Assembly: GCA_016699085.1 (NCBI GenBank)
Contig: CP064958.1
Location: forward strand, 131,785 to 195,784
Origin: Candidatus Nomurabacteria bacterium
Lineage (GTDB): Bacteria > Patescibacteriota > Minisyncoccia > Phycocordibacterales > UBA9973
Length of the DNA: 64,000 nt
Direction: 5' to 3'
Shown: positions 9,918-18,979 of the stretch, piece after piece
Layout: every line of letters begins with the position of its first letter
How positions within the stretch are numbered: position 1 is the stretch's first letter
The notes under the pieces: model-generated
Told to the model about the DNA's origin: nothing
What the model saw: the letters and a program-made list of their open reading frames with translations, nothing else
The model's database searches: none
Translations under genes and position numbers: made by a program

Positions 9918-10562
9918 CTACATGTATTTTTCTACAGCCGGAATAAAAAATTGCTGAGAAAAATATTTAAAAATAACAGCATCGTAAATCGAAGTGATGT
10001 TAAACGCAATTCCGGCATACAGAAGACGCACATGCTCTTCAACTTCATTACCTTTGTCTAATATCTCAATAAGTTTTGGATAATGATCCCTTCCAGAGAT
10101 GACAAAAACATCGTTGTAATTTTTTGCTGCTGCACGGATAAGAGAAACACCACCAATATCAATCTTCTCAATAATTTTTTCATGAGTACTTCCATTTGCA
10201 ACTTCTTCTTCAAAAGGATACAAGTCAACCACCACAAGGTCAATTCCGATAATCCTATGTTCTGCCATCTGCTCCCTGTCGCTTTCATTGCCTCGACGAC
10301 TAAGTATGCCAGCGAAAACGAACGGGTGTAAAGTTTTTACTCTACCACCTAGGATTTCCGGGAATTTTGTAAGCTCTTCCACTTTTATAACTTTAATTCC
10401 AAGCCTCCAAATGTACTCAGCAGTTCCGCCGGTAGAAATTATATGCACACCTAATGCATGTAATCGACGCACAATTGGCTCTAGTCCTTCTTTGTTGTGG
10501 ACTGAAATCAGGGCATATTGAATTTTTTTATTCATGTTAAGTTGTTTTAGAATTTGCACCAC
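9918..10562 (-). CDS. Stand-alone IMP cyclohydrolase (MGS-like) domain protein, homologous to the N-terminal domain of PurH; no AICAR-transformylase domain
   Basis: ALISVHNKEGLEPIVRRLHALGVHIISTGGTAEY...ELTKFPEILGGRVKTLHPFVFAGILSRR...IDLVVVDLYPFEE...IDIGGVSLIRAAAKNYNDV matches the PurH IMPCH signature blocks (STGGTA, GGRVKTLHP, VVVNLYPF, IDIGGP..RAAAKN). The protein ends at 214 aa. Confidence 0.65.
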   Translation of the reverse strand: MVQILKQLNMNKKIQYALISVHNKEGLEPIVRRLHALGVHIISTGGTAEYIWRLGIKVIKVEELTKFPEILGGRVKTLHPFVFAGILSRRGNESDREQMAEHRIIGIDLVVVDLYPFEEEVANGSTHEKIIEKIDIGGVSLIRAAAKNYNDVFVISGRDHYPKLIEILDKGNEVEEHVRLLYAGIAFNITSIYDAVIFKYFSQQFFIPAVEKYM

Positions 10563-10593
10563 TCTACCACCTACCCACTACTTTGTCGAGCAA

Positions 10594-10622
10594 ATAAAAA
10601 ATCCCCGTACGGGGATTTTTTA
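10594..10622. terminator. Rho-independent terminator downstream of rplL
   Basis: aaaaaatccccgtacggggatttttt. Confidence 0.6.
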
Positions 10623-10638
10623 TTTGCTGTATTGTGTA

Positions 10639-11031
10639 TTATTTCAATTCCACTTTTCCGCCAGCTTCCTCAATCTTTTTCTTGAGGTCTTCTGCTTCTG
10701 CTTTCTTCATGCCATCTTTAAGTGTTGCAGGAATATTGTCTACCATATCCTTAGCTTCTTTAAGTCCGAGACCAAGAGCTTCTTTGACAACTTTCATAAC
10801 GCCGATCTTTGCCTCACCAGCTGCGGTAAGCACAACGGTGTATGAATCTTTCTCTTCTTCTGCTGCACCAGCTCCAGCACCTGCTGCTGGACCAGCAACA
10901 GCTGCTGCTGAAACACCGAACTTTGCTTCGAATACTTTTACTAATTCGTTGAGATCAAGGACTGACATAGCTTCGATACTTGCCACGATGTCTTTGAACT
11001 TTGCTGGAATTTCTACTTTTGTTTCTTCCAT
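10639..11031 (-). CDS. rplL: 50S ribosomal protein L7/L12
   Basis: 130 aa with an Ala/Gly/Glu-rich hinge and a C-terminal domain ([24 protein letters not shown]...[13 protein letters not shown]). Confidence 0.95.
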   Translation of the reverse strand: MEETKVEIPAKFKDIVASIEAMSVLDLNELVKVFEAKFGVSAAAVAGPAAGAGAGAAEEEKDSYTVVLTAAGEAKIGVMKVVKEALGLGLKEAKDMVDNIPATLKDGMKKAEAEDLKKKIEEAGGKVELK

Positions 11032-11042
11032 AATAATTTTTA

Positions 11043-11531
11043 TTAAGCCTTTGCCTTGCTTATCTGATCGAGAGCGATCACCAAGCGTTGGATAGGCGAG
11101 TTGATAATATTGACGAACATACCACGGAGCGTATCAACACCCGGAATAGTTGCGATAGCCATCATTTCTTCTTTACTCTTGAAGACGTTTTCAAATACTC
11201 CACCTTCGATCGAAACAACTTCTTTGTGGGTTTTTTGAAATTCATATACTTCGCGAGCTGGTGCCAACATATCGCTACCATAGGCAACTGCAATTTCTCC
11301 TTCGAGATTTGGCAACGTACCTGTATAGCCATTGGTTTCAAGTGCGCGTTTGAGAAGCGTTTTCTTGGCAACTTTATAACCAATATCACTTTTTTGGAGT
11401 GTACGACGCATAGCATTTGCATCAAACACGGTAAGTTTATTGAATTTTACAAATACAATAGACCCAGTGCCCTGCAAAGCTTTCGTCAAACCATCCAATA
11501 ATACTTCTTTCTTTTGTTTTGAAATAGCCAT
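11043..11531 (-). CDS. rplJ: 50S ribosomal protein L10
   Basis: 162 aa, [35 protein letters not shown]..., immediately upstream of rplL. Confidence 0.9.
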   Translation of the reverse strand: MAISKQKKEVLLDGLTKALQGTGSIVFVKFNKLTVFDANAMRRTLQKSDIGYKVAKKTLLKRALETNGYTGTLPNLEGEIAVAYGSDMLAPAREVYEFQKTHKEVVSIEGGVFENVFKSKEEMMAIATIPGVDTLRGMFVNIINSPIQRLVIALDQISKAKA

Positions 11532-11876
11532 AAATAATGTGTTGTATAGCTAAAAATAAAAATCGACCACTTGGGCCATAGTGCAAACTTATACTATAAG
11601 TATGCTCCTCGGTCGGTTGGACAAATATGATTTGCCCGATTAAAGCTTTCGCTACCAACTGTCTACAGCGCTAGTGCTACTCTAGCAAAAATTCTTCTTT
11701 TGTCAATTTTGCTATTAGCGAGGTGAGATTGCCTGATCAAAAATCTGCTCTGTATTACTGGTATTATTCTTAGATTTTTCGTAGGCATTGATAATAAATA
11801 AGCATCCGATTCCCAAGAGAATCATGCCAATAAGTCCAAGGACCATTTTAAAAAAGTGGTATGTGAACATGTCGAA

Positions 11877-13493
11877 TTATATAAGTGGTGGATTAGTAAT
11901 GATTCGATCGCCACTTTGAAGTCCTGTAACAATCTCTACCAATGCACCATCAAAGTGTTCACCGATAGTCACCAATTGCTCAGTAGTTTTTTTACCTTTT
12001 TCATCTGTTGCTACGAGCACATAATACGCACCGTCTCTTTCGATTAGCGCACGCAAAGGGATAGCAAGCACAGCAACTTTTTTTGACGTAATGATTGTCA
12101 TGTCAGCAGTGAGACCTGGACGAATGTTTTCACCTGGCTCAATGAGTTCAATAACAACTTTATAATTAACAACGCCTGAAATAAGTGTTGGAGCAATATC
12201 TACATCAGCGACAGTACCTAAAAGCTTCGTCTCTCCGTTTGATGCAAAAGCAAGTTCAACTGCCTCACCAGGAGCAATATCTAAAATATTTGCTTCATTA
12301 ACATTGGCATCGACATACAGATTCGCCACGTCCTCAAGTGTTATCATGTTCTCAAATGGCTGCACGGGCGCACCTAGTTTTGCGTCAATTTTTGTAATGG
12401 TACCATCTGCCGGTGCAATTATTTCTGCGTCAGCTAGATCTGCTTGTGCTCGTTCTAACGCACCGACAGCAACCACGACTTGGGCATTAGCAACTTGTAT
12501 ATCACTTGCACTTGCTTGAGCTTTTTTAAGATCGAGTGCTGCCTGTTTTTCATTGACCGCACCTTCTTTACTACTTATAACCTGATCATGCGTTGAAAGT
12601 GCCAGCTGATATGCATTATAGTTGGTTGCATACGAGACACTTCTTGTATTAGGTACTTCGATAATCCACACTGCACCTGTTTTAAAATCAGTTGGAAATT
12701 GAATGAATAACCCTCGAGAGCCAAGCGGCACTGAACTCCCCGTACTTATAGCTACACTATAATTATTCTCAAGACCGCTGATTGAAAACGCACCACCAGA
12801 AGCTGAGCTTGAACTATAAACAGTGACTGTATAGCCACCAACTTCATCGCTCATATATGAACCTGTAATTGTTGGTGCCGTATCGGTCGTTGATCCTGTT
12901 GCTGGGACAGCTTCAAGATCAGAGCTATAAAGAGTACGCTTAGCATTTGCAACGAGCACATCTTGTGCAACCTTTGTATTCTCAAGATCATTAATCGCAG
13001 TTTGTAATACGGCTTCAGCTAATTTAATATCCTTATCTTGGTTAATCGAAAGCACCTTTGCATAGTTAGCTTTTGCTTCCAAGAGTCTCCCTTCGGCCTC
13101 CGTGACTGCAGCAGCTTCTTGTCCAGCTTCAAGTATTGCGAGCACTTGCCCTGCCTTGACCATATCGCCCACATTTGTTTTGATTTCTGAAATAATACCT
13201 TGTTTTTGGAAACTCAATGTTAGGTCTGTCGTACTCGTCACAGTACCACTAGTAAGTACAGTACGTTGCAAGTCTCTGGGTGTAATTATTTCTGTCGCAA
13301 GTGTCGTCTTTTTGCCGCCAGTTAGGAGTACTACTAGTACAACCACTATAACCACTACAATACCCCAAAATACCCGCTTCCTTGCATAAAGACGTTTAAA
13401 AAAGTCTATAGTTTTTGCCCGAAAGCCAGGCGGTTGCATATTCATGGGACCAGTATATAGTGTTTTTGTTGCGAACACAAAACCGAACTTCAC
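11877..13493 (-). CDS. HlyD/membrane-fusion-protein family periplasmic adaptor with an internal Ser/Thr-rich insertion
   Basis: N-terminal TM, coiled-coil-like Ala/Gln/Glu-rich segments, and a C-terminal beta-barrel/lipoyl-like region (AEIIAPADGTITKIDAKLGAPVQP). GTG start in the ORF track; alternative ATG starts exist at Met16 and Met18. Confidence 0.5.
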   Translation of the reverse strand: MKFGFVFATKTLYTGPMNMQPPGFRAKTIDFFKRLYARKRVFWGIVVVIVVVLVVLLTGGKKTTLATEIITPRDLQRTVLTSGTVTSTTDLTLSFQKQGIISEIKTNVGDMVKAGQVLAILEAGQEAAAVTEAEGRLLEAKANYAKVLSINQDKDIKLAEAVLQTAINDLENTKVAQDVLVANAKRTLYSSDLEAVPATGSTTDTAPTITGSYMSDEVGGYTVTVYSSSSASGGAFSISGLENNYSVAISTGSSVPLGSRGLFIQFPTDFKTGAVWIIEVPNTRSVSYATNYNAYQLALSTHDQVISSKEGAVNEKQAALDLKKAQASASDIQVANAQVVVAVGALERAQADLADAEIIAPADGTITKIDAKLGAPVQPFENMITLEDVANLYVDANVNEANILDIAPGEAVELAFASNGETKLLGTVADVDIAPTLISGVVNYKVVIELIEPGENIRPGLTADMTIITSKKVAVLAIPLRALIERDGAYYVLVATDEKGKKTTEQLVTIGEHFDGALVEIVTGLQSGDRIITNPPLI

Positions 13494-13517
13494 GGTATAC
13501 TAAAGATACTTACTCAT

Positions 13518-14795
13518 ATGAGAAAAATAATACTTTTTTTGGGAGATACAATCATGTTTGTTTTGGCTGGTTTCGCCATGCTCCTTTTGCGTTTTGGTAT
13601 CCATGTCAGCAGTCCTATTATCGAAGCCCACATCCAGGCTTTCATAGCTCTCTATGTGCTATGGCAGATTATCCTCTATATCTGCAACCTGTATGATTTT
13701 GAATTCATCAAGCCATCATTTGAAAGCATTCGAAATCTACTGCTCGCTATAAGCATTAGTCTCGTGAGCGGGTTTTTACTTTTTTACTTTGTACATTTTC
13801 CTGTCACTCCAAAAACTAATCTACTGCTCTTGGCACTCTCGTATGGTGTACTACTATTTGCATGGCGAAATATTTACTTTTCTATTTTTGCTCATAATTT
13901 CAAGAAACATATCGCTTTTATTGGTAACGCACCACTTGCCAATACTCTCATAGAAGAAATCGGACGTCACCCACATTTGGGATATGCCTACGAAGGAACC
14001 TACGAGTCTGTAGCCGAACTTATTGCAACAGGTCGTACGATAGATATTGTTGTCTATGGAAAACAAATCGAAAGCTCGGAGCTTGCGCATTTGATTGCCA
14101 ATCAATCACACGTACTTGATCTGAGGCAAGCATTTCAAAACATATTGCATCGCGTTCCTGTTGTACTTATGAACGATACGCTTGCGCTTCGTATTGTTGA
14201 AAATCGCGACACTGATCTTTATGAGTTTCTAGTACGCGGAATAGAAATAATTCTGGCACTTTGTATTCTCGTACTTACATCTCCATTATTACTCCTTGCT
14301 GCGATTGCAATACGAATAGAAGACTCGCGCAGTATTTTCTATAAACAAGAGCGCGTCGGACGACACGGCAAGCGATTTAGTATCATCAAACTGCAATCAA
14401 TGTATACCAATGCTGAAAAAAACGGTGCACAATGGGCAACACACAATGATAGTCGCATCACGCCAGTTGGAAAAATTTTACGCATTACCCATATCGATGA
14501 GATCCCACAAATGTGGAATGTGCTCAAGGGGGACATAGCCTTAGTCGGTCCGCGACCGGAGAGACCAGAGTTTGTGGAGAAATTAGACAAAGAGATACCC
14601 TACTACTTCTTGCGCCATACAATCAAACCAGGCTTCACAGGCTGGGCGCAAATCAAATTTCGTTACGCAAGAAGTGTCATGGATTCACAAGAAAAATTTG
14701 AGTACGATTTATACTACGTCAAAAATAGAAATTTCTTCCTCGATATTGGCATTATCCTAAAAACAATCCAGATCGTTTTTACCCACGGGGTTTAG
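13518..14795 (+). CDS. Polyprenyl-phosphate hexose-1-phosphate transferase (WbaP/WcaJ-like initiating 'bacterial sugar transferase')
   Basis: Multi-TM N-terminus, then a C-terminal catalytic block: RVGRHGKRFSIIKLQSM...NVLKGDIALVGPRPERPEFV...KPGFTGWAQI. An alternative start at 13554 has the SD GGGAGA. Confidence 0.85.
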   Translation: MRKIILFLGDTIMFVLAGFAMLLLRFGIHVSSPIIEAHIQAFIALYVLWQIILYICNLYDFEFIKPSFESIRNLLLAISISLVSGFLLFYFVHFPVTPKTNLLLLALSYGVLLFAWRNIYFSIFAHNFKKHIAFIGNAPLANTLIEEIGRHPHLGYAYEGTYESVAELIATGRTIDIVVYGKQIESSELAHLIANQSHVLDLRQAFQNILHRVPVVLMNDTLALRIVENRDTDLYEFLVRGIEIILALCILVLTSPLLLLAAIAIRIEDSRSIFYKQERVGRHGKRFSIIKLQSMYTNAEKNGAQWATHNDSRITPVGKILRITHIDEIPQMWNVLKGDIALVGPRPERPEFVEKLDKEIPYYFLRHTIKPGFTGWAQIKFRYARSVMDSQEKFEYDLYYVKNRNFFLDIGIILKTIQIVFTHGV

Positions 14796-16732
14796 AGATA
14801 TTTTTCTAATCGCTCAAGTGCTATCCAAAATCCTTCACCGCCGTTTTCATGACCTTGCCATATTTCTGGAATAAAAGAGCATGTAATACCTAGAGAATCT
14901 AAATTTTTTCGTAATTCATTAAAGTCAATTTCACCTTCTCCTACTTGTATCCCTTCTCCATTTACATCTTTTGCATCCACGACATGCAAATGAGCAGTAT
15001 ATTTTAAAATTTTCTTTGTAAATTCAGAGAAATCCCATCCGTAGGTATTGCAAGCCAATTTGGAATGTGAAGTATCAAAACAGATTCTGTACTTATACTT
15101 TTCACAAAAAGCAGCAATCTCATCTGGATCAAGGAAAAGATTGTGGTAGAGCTGTCCACCTAAAAGCCATGGGTACGGCGGCATTGTTTGAATGATAATT
15201 TCTACACCATCTTGATTAATGTTTGCGAGTCCATCTGCAATTCTTTCATACAATACTTGCCGTTCTTCTTTCGATAGTGGCTTGTCTTTTGTAAAACCAC
15301 CGGCATTGACCACAATAAGTGGCTTGTTTGCTTTACTAAAATGTTTTTTTAGCTCATTCGTAATAGAAACAACTCTCTGCAGTTCAGCAATTGAGCGTCG
15401 CCAATATATTTCATCTGAAGAAGCGAGGTTAAGTAAATGATCATCAGCAAATGTCTCAGGACTATGGACGATGAGATCCATTGCAAGTGGTTTAGGAAAA
15501 TGACTACTAATATCTTCAGTAAGATCGTTATAGCTTAAGTGAAATTCAAGCAAATCAGGATTAGTAAATTTATGCAATTCTTTATAATCATAGTAACGAA
15601 CAGGAATGCCCCAAGGTCTATTGAATGTGTAGCTCCGTGGTTCAAAATTTTTATCAAGTAAATCATTAAGATAAAAAAAATCTCCTTGACGCAAGCTGCG
15701 ACGAGCTTTACGATTGATAAGTTTCTCTTTCTGGTCTGGTTGAAGCCCTCGGCCAGGACTTTTTACTTCGATCATCTCCGGTGTAATCATGTCACCTTTT
15801 TTAATATCCCTTGTTGCAACCAAGCTTTTTGCCAAATTCGCTCTGTTCATTTTTTCCCCTTGGGTTAACTCTCTTTTTTTTGCTGTACCGAGTGATGCTT
15901 CCACTTGTCGAATTCCCTCAATCATTACCTTGAATTCATCTGGGGTGAGGCTAGCTTTATGGTCCGAACCTTCCATCGTACGATCAAAAGTTATATGCTT
16001 TTCAATTATTTTTGCGCCCCTTGCAACTGCAGCAATAGCAATGTTGATCCCCCGTTCGTGCCCGCTATACCCATACAATGCTGTTCCAAGTCTGCTCATA
16101 TATTGCAAATTAATATCTTGGAAAGGTGCAGGGTAGGTTGAATTACAGTGTAGCAGTATGTATTTTGCATTAAGCCTTTTTAAAAGATTATTTACTGCAA
16201 TGATCTCAGATTCTTGAGACATGCCAGTTGAACAAATGATTGGTTTTTTTGTTTTTACGATTTCTCTAATCAAATCATGATTTGTTAGATCGGCAGATGC
16301 TACTTTATACGTATGCATACCGTATGCTTCTAATTTCTTTAGGCTTTCCAAATCCCAGGGTGTGCAAAGTGGAAACATCCCAACCTCGCGTGCATAATCA
16401 AAAAGTTTAAACATTTGCTCATCTGCTAATTGGAATTTTGAAAGCAGATCAAGTGTGTACTGCGATGTTAAATTTTCTTTAATATCATTTGTTGTTCCCT
16501 TGTTAGCATAGAGTGACTCTATATCTCTCATCTGGAATTTCACACAATCAACCCCGGCTTCTTTGGCGGCATCAATCAATGCTTTGGCACGGTCGAAACT
16601 ACCATTATGATTGAGTCCAATTTCTGCAATGACAAAAACGGGCTCGCCGAGCCCAACATATCGGTCACCAAATTTAATCTTCTTGGGTGAACCAAATACA
16701 AAACGTTTCAACCTATCTTTAAGTGAAGCCAC
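14792..16732 (-). CDS. Nonulosonic-acid (sialic-acid-like) synthase, NeuB family with SAF domain, fused to a C-terminal xylose-isomerase-like TIM-barrel (sugar-phosphate isomerase/epimerase) domain
   Basis: N-terminal ~350 aa: PVFVIAEIGLNHNGSFDRAKALIDAAKEAGVDCVKFQ...ICSTGMS...YILLHCNSTYPAP... plus a SAF-like TRDIKKGDMITPEMIEVKSPGRGL. C-terminal ~270 aa: CFDTSHSKLACNTYGWDFSEF...HLHVVD...EGEIDF... resembles the AP-endonuclease-2 / sugar-phosphate isomerase fold. Confidence 0.75.
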   Translation of the reverse strand: MASLKDRLKRFVFGSPKKIKFGDRYVGLGEPVFVIAEIGLNHNGSFDRAKALIDAAKEAGVDCVKFQMRDIESLYANKGTTNDIKENLTSQYTLDLLSKFQLADEQMFKLFDYAREVGMFPLCTPWDLESLKKLEAYGMHTYKVASADLTNHDLIREIVKTKKPIICSTGMSQESEIIAVNNLLKRLNAKYILLHCNSTYPAPFQDINLQYMSRLGTALYGYSGHERGINIAIAAVARGAKIIEKHITFDRTMEGSDHKASLTPDEFKVMIEGIRQVEASLGTAKKRELTQGEKMNRANLAKSLVATRDIKKGDMITPEMIEVKSPGRGLQPDQKEKLINRKARRSLRQGDFFYLNDLLDKNFEPRSYTFNRPWGIPVRYYDYKELHKFTNPDLLEFHLSYNDLTEDISSHFPKPLAMDLIVHSPETFADDHLLNLASSDEIYWRRSIAELQRVVSITNELKKHFSKANKPLIVVNAGGFTKDKPLSKEERQVLYERIADGLANINQDGVEIIIQTMPPYPWLLGGQLYHNLFLDPDEIAAFCEKYKYRICFDTSHSKLACNTYGWDFSEFTKKILKYTAHLHVVDAKDVNGEGIQVGEGEIDFNELRKNLDSLGITCSFIPEIWQGHENGGEGFWIALERLEKYL

Positions 16733-16771
16733 AGAACGAATACTACTATTTTTTTAATTTTTGTAAACTAA

Positions 16772-17521
16772 CTACGCAGCAAATTCTTCAGGCTTTGACA
16801 AAATAATCTGTTCAGCAAGTTTGATTTCATACACCGAATCAATATCTACGTCTCGCCACTTCTCAAAATAAAGCGGTATAATCTTGGTACCACTCATAGA
16901 ATTTTTTTGAGTTATAACTCTAGGCCGAATAACATCAACATAACCTGAATGGCGTAAAACTTTTGGAAGGAGCTGGCGAGGCATATTAAATGCTTCAGGA
17001 TATTGCGCAAATACTTCTGGAAAAACATTCGTAAGTAGTGGCTCCAAATATCCACCACTTTCTGTATACATTTTAAATGGCGTATGTAGCGGCTCACAAA
17101 CAGATCGCACTGATTCTGCATCTGGATTATCTAAAAGTAATTGGACCCCTGTATCAATATCCTTGCCTTTTTTAAGTGGCGTTGTAGGTCGTAAATGTAC
17201 CACAACATCTGGCATATACCCTTCACTGTCATATAAATGTTTGAGTGCATGAATGAAAACAGGTAAATCTGGAGTGAGATCTTCTGCTAATTCTTTAGGG
17301 CGTAGGAATGGAACTTCAACTCCATATGAACGCGCAATTTCAGCCATTTCCTCATCATCAGTTGAAATAATAATTCTCGTTAATAATTTACTTTCTTTGG
17401 CTGCCTTGATGGTGTAGTACATCAAGGGCTTGCCAGCACAAAGTGCAATACTTTTCTTTGGAATTGATTTCGATCCACCTCGAGCTAAAATTATTCCTAA
17501 TATATGTTTGGGATTATCCAT
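16772..17521 (-). CDS. CMP-nonulosonic-acid synthetase (acylneuraminate cytidylyltransferase, NeuA family)
   Basis: ILGIILARGGSKSIPKKSIALCAGKPLMYYTIKAAKESKLLTRIIISTDDEEMAEIARSYGVEVPFLRP matches the CTP-transferase-3 family N-terminus. Confidence 0.8.
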   Translation of the reverse strand: MDNPKHILGIILARGGSKSIPKKSIALCAGKPLMYYTIKAAKESKLLTRIIISTDDEEMAEIARSYGVEVPFLRPKELAEDLTPDLPVFIHALKHLYDSEGYMPDVVVHLRPTTPLKKGKDIDTGVQLLLDNPDAESVRSVCEPLHTPFKMYTESGGYLEPLLTNVFPEVFAQYPEAFNMPRQLLPKVLRHSGYVDVIRPRVITQKNSMSGTKIIPLYFEKWRDVDIDSVYEIKLAEQIILSKPEEFAA

Positions 17522-18899
17522 GCTGAGTCAATGATACAAGTAAATTTCCTAACCGCAAACTAGCTTTGCCGTCAAATGGGTCTACCATAAGTTGAAGTCC
17601 TGCATTGCGACCTTCTTGGTCAAGTAAAGGATTAGTTACATACCGATTGATAGCAAAGGCAAGCTCTGGATCATTTTTTACTACACATACTGCTCCAGTT
17701 TCGACTAAGGCTTCAAAGTGTGTGTAGGTATCGTAGAAGCGTTTTGCTGATTGCCAATATGTAATGTTAGATAAATTAAGGTCATAATCGATACAGATAA
17801 CTGGCTTACCAAGCGCAATCGCATCAATGGCAAATGTCGACGCACCAGTAATAATTATATCTGAGTGAAAAATAGTATTTATAAGGTGTGCTGTCTCATG
17901 TATGTCTATTTCTTTGCCCGCTTGATCTTTGCCGACATGAAGCGCAACAGTATCTGGAGTCACATGAGGAAGTGATTTAATTGCTTCAAGCGGACTTAAA
18001 AAACGTGGATGTGCTCGAAAAAAGAACTGAATATTATCTGGAATTTTTTTCTCTACAACTAATTTATTAAGTACAGGAGCAACTGCACCTTCGTGTGGAA
18101 ATAGAAAATCCCCCATCGCACCATAGGTTATAATTTTTTTGTTTTGATCGATACCTAATTTCTGAAGAAATATTTCTCTCGGAACAATTAGTGATTGATA
18201 GTTTTTATAAATATCATAGTGAGGCAAACCCACAATGTGGATATGCTCTTTTGGTAATCCAAATTTCTGAATAGCAAATGCCATGTCAGATAGGTACTGA
18301 TTCTGGACAATAAGTTCATCGGGCACCATTCGTATCAATCCATGGCTCGTAAAGTTATCCCAGCTTCTCGGCATGCCGATGAGTGGAATTTTTCTTTTTT
18401 TAGCAACAATGGCGATCCAGACATCAAACTCGCGATTGGTCAGTGATGTTGCAAATACATGGGTGGGTTTGTAGGTATCAAAAAGTACATCGAGCTCTAT
18501 AGGAGATGGCTGTAAGAGATACAGATATCGGATGAATTTTTTCCAAAACGAAATATTACCAAATATCTTTGTGTAAATTATTTTAAGCGTTGTAGAAATA
18601 AAACTCGCATCACTTCTCGTATAAGCAAACATTTTCTCCCATGTGTTTGTATGAGTATCAATACCATTGAGTGCCATCCAGTCAATCAGTCGACGAAAAT
18701 ATCCAAGTGGCCTGTAATTCACTGCTACAACTATAGTATCTGGACTTTGAAACAAAGCTTGATACGTTTCAAGTTTTTCTGGTTTTACAAGAAGAATAAT
18801 TTTGCCTTTGTAATTATCTCGAAATGTTTTCCAAAAATCAGTAAAGAAAATATTTCGTGCAATAAAGGTCTCAGGAAGAGTGATAAATATTGTCTGCAT
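17514..18899 (-). CDS. Putative CDP-glycerol glycerophosphotransferase-like (TagB/TagF-family) or sialyltransferase-like transferase
   Basis: 461 aa. The C-terminal block HSDIIITGASTFAIDAIALGKPVICIDYD resembles the glycerophosphotransferase-family C-terminus. Sits between the CMP-sugar synthetase and the glycosyltransferases. Confidence 0.4.
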   Translation of the reverse strand: MQTIFITLPETFIARNIFFTDFWKTFRDNYKGKIILLVKPEKLETYQALFQSPDTIVVAVNYRPLGYFRRLIDWMALNGIDTHTNTWEKMFAYTRSDASFISTTLKIIYTKIFGNISFWKKFIRYLYLLQPSPIELDVLFDTYKPTHVFATSLTNREFDVWIAIVAKKRKIPLIGMPRSWDNFTSHGLIRMVPDELIVQNQYLSDMAFAIQKFGLPKEHIHIVGLPHYDIYKNYQSLIVPREIFLQKLGIDQNKKIITYGAMGDFLFPHEGAVAPVLNKLVVEKKIPDNIQFFFRAHPRFLSPLEAIKSLPHVTPDTVALHVGKDQAGKEIDIHETAHLINTIFHSDIIITGASTFAIDAIALGKPVICIDYDLNLSNITYWQSAKRFYDTYTHFEALVETGAVCVVKNDPELAFAINRYVTNPLLDQEGRNAGLQLMVDPFDGKASLRLGNLLVSLTQHG

Positions 18900-18926
18900 A
18901 TCGTAACTATAGCATACAGGAATTTA

Positions 18927-18955
18927 TTGACAATATATAATATTTATGCTAATAT
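18927..18955 (+). promoter_or_regulatory. Candidate sigma70 promoter (TTGACA-17-TAATAT) in a divergent intergenic region
   Basis: ttgacaatatataatatttatgctaatat lies ~25 nt upstream of the ATG at 18980. Confidence 0.4.
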
Positions 18956-18979
18956 ACTTTCAAACAAAATTGAAAAAAA

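Noticed and set aside
10634-11095. 153-aa plus-strand Ala/Ser-rich ORF
   Set aside because: Antisense shadow of the Ala/Glu-rich rplL hinge region; low complexity.
11706-11837. Possible 43-codon minus-strand small TM peptide (MVLGLIGMILLGIGCLFIINAYEKSK...) downstream of the HlyD-like gene
   Set aside because: No recognisable ribosome-binding site. It could be real, but the evidence is insufficient.
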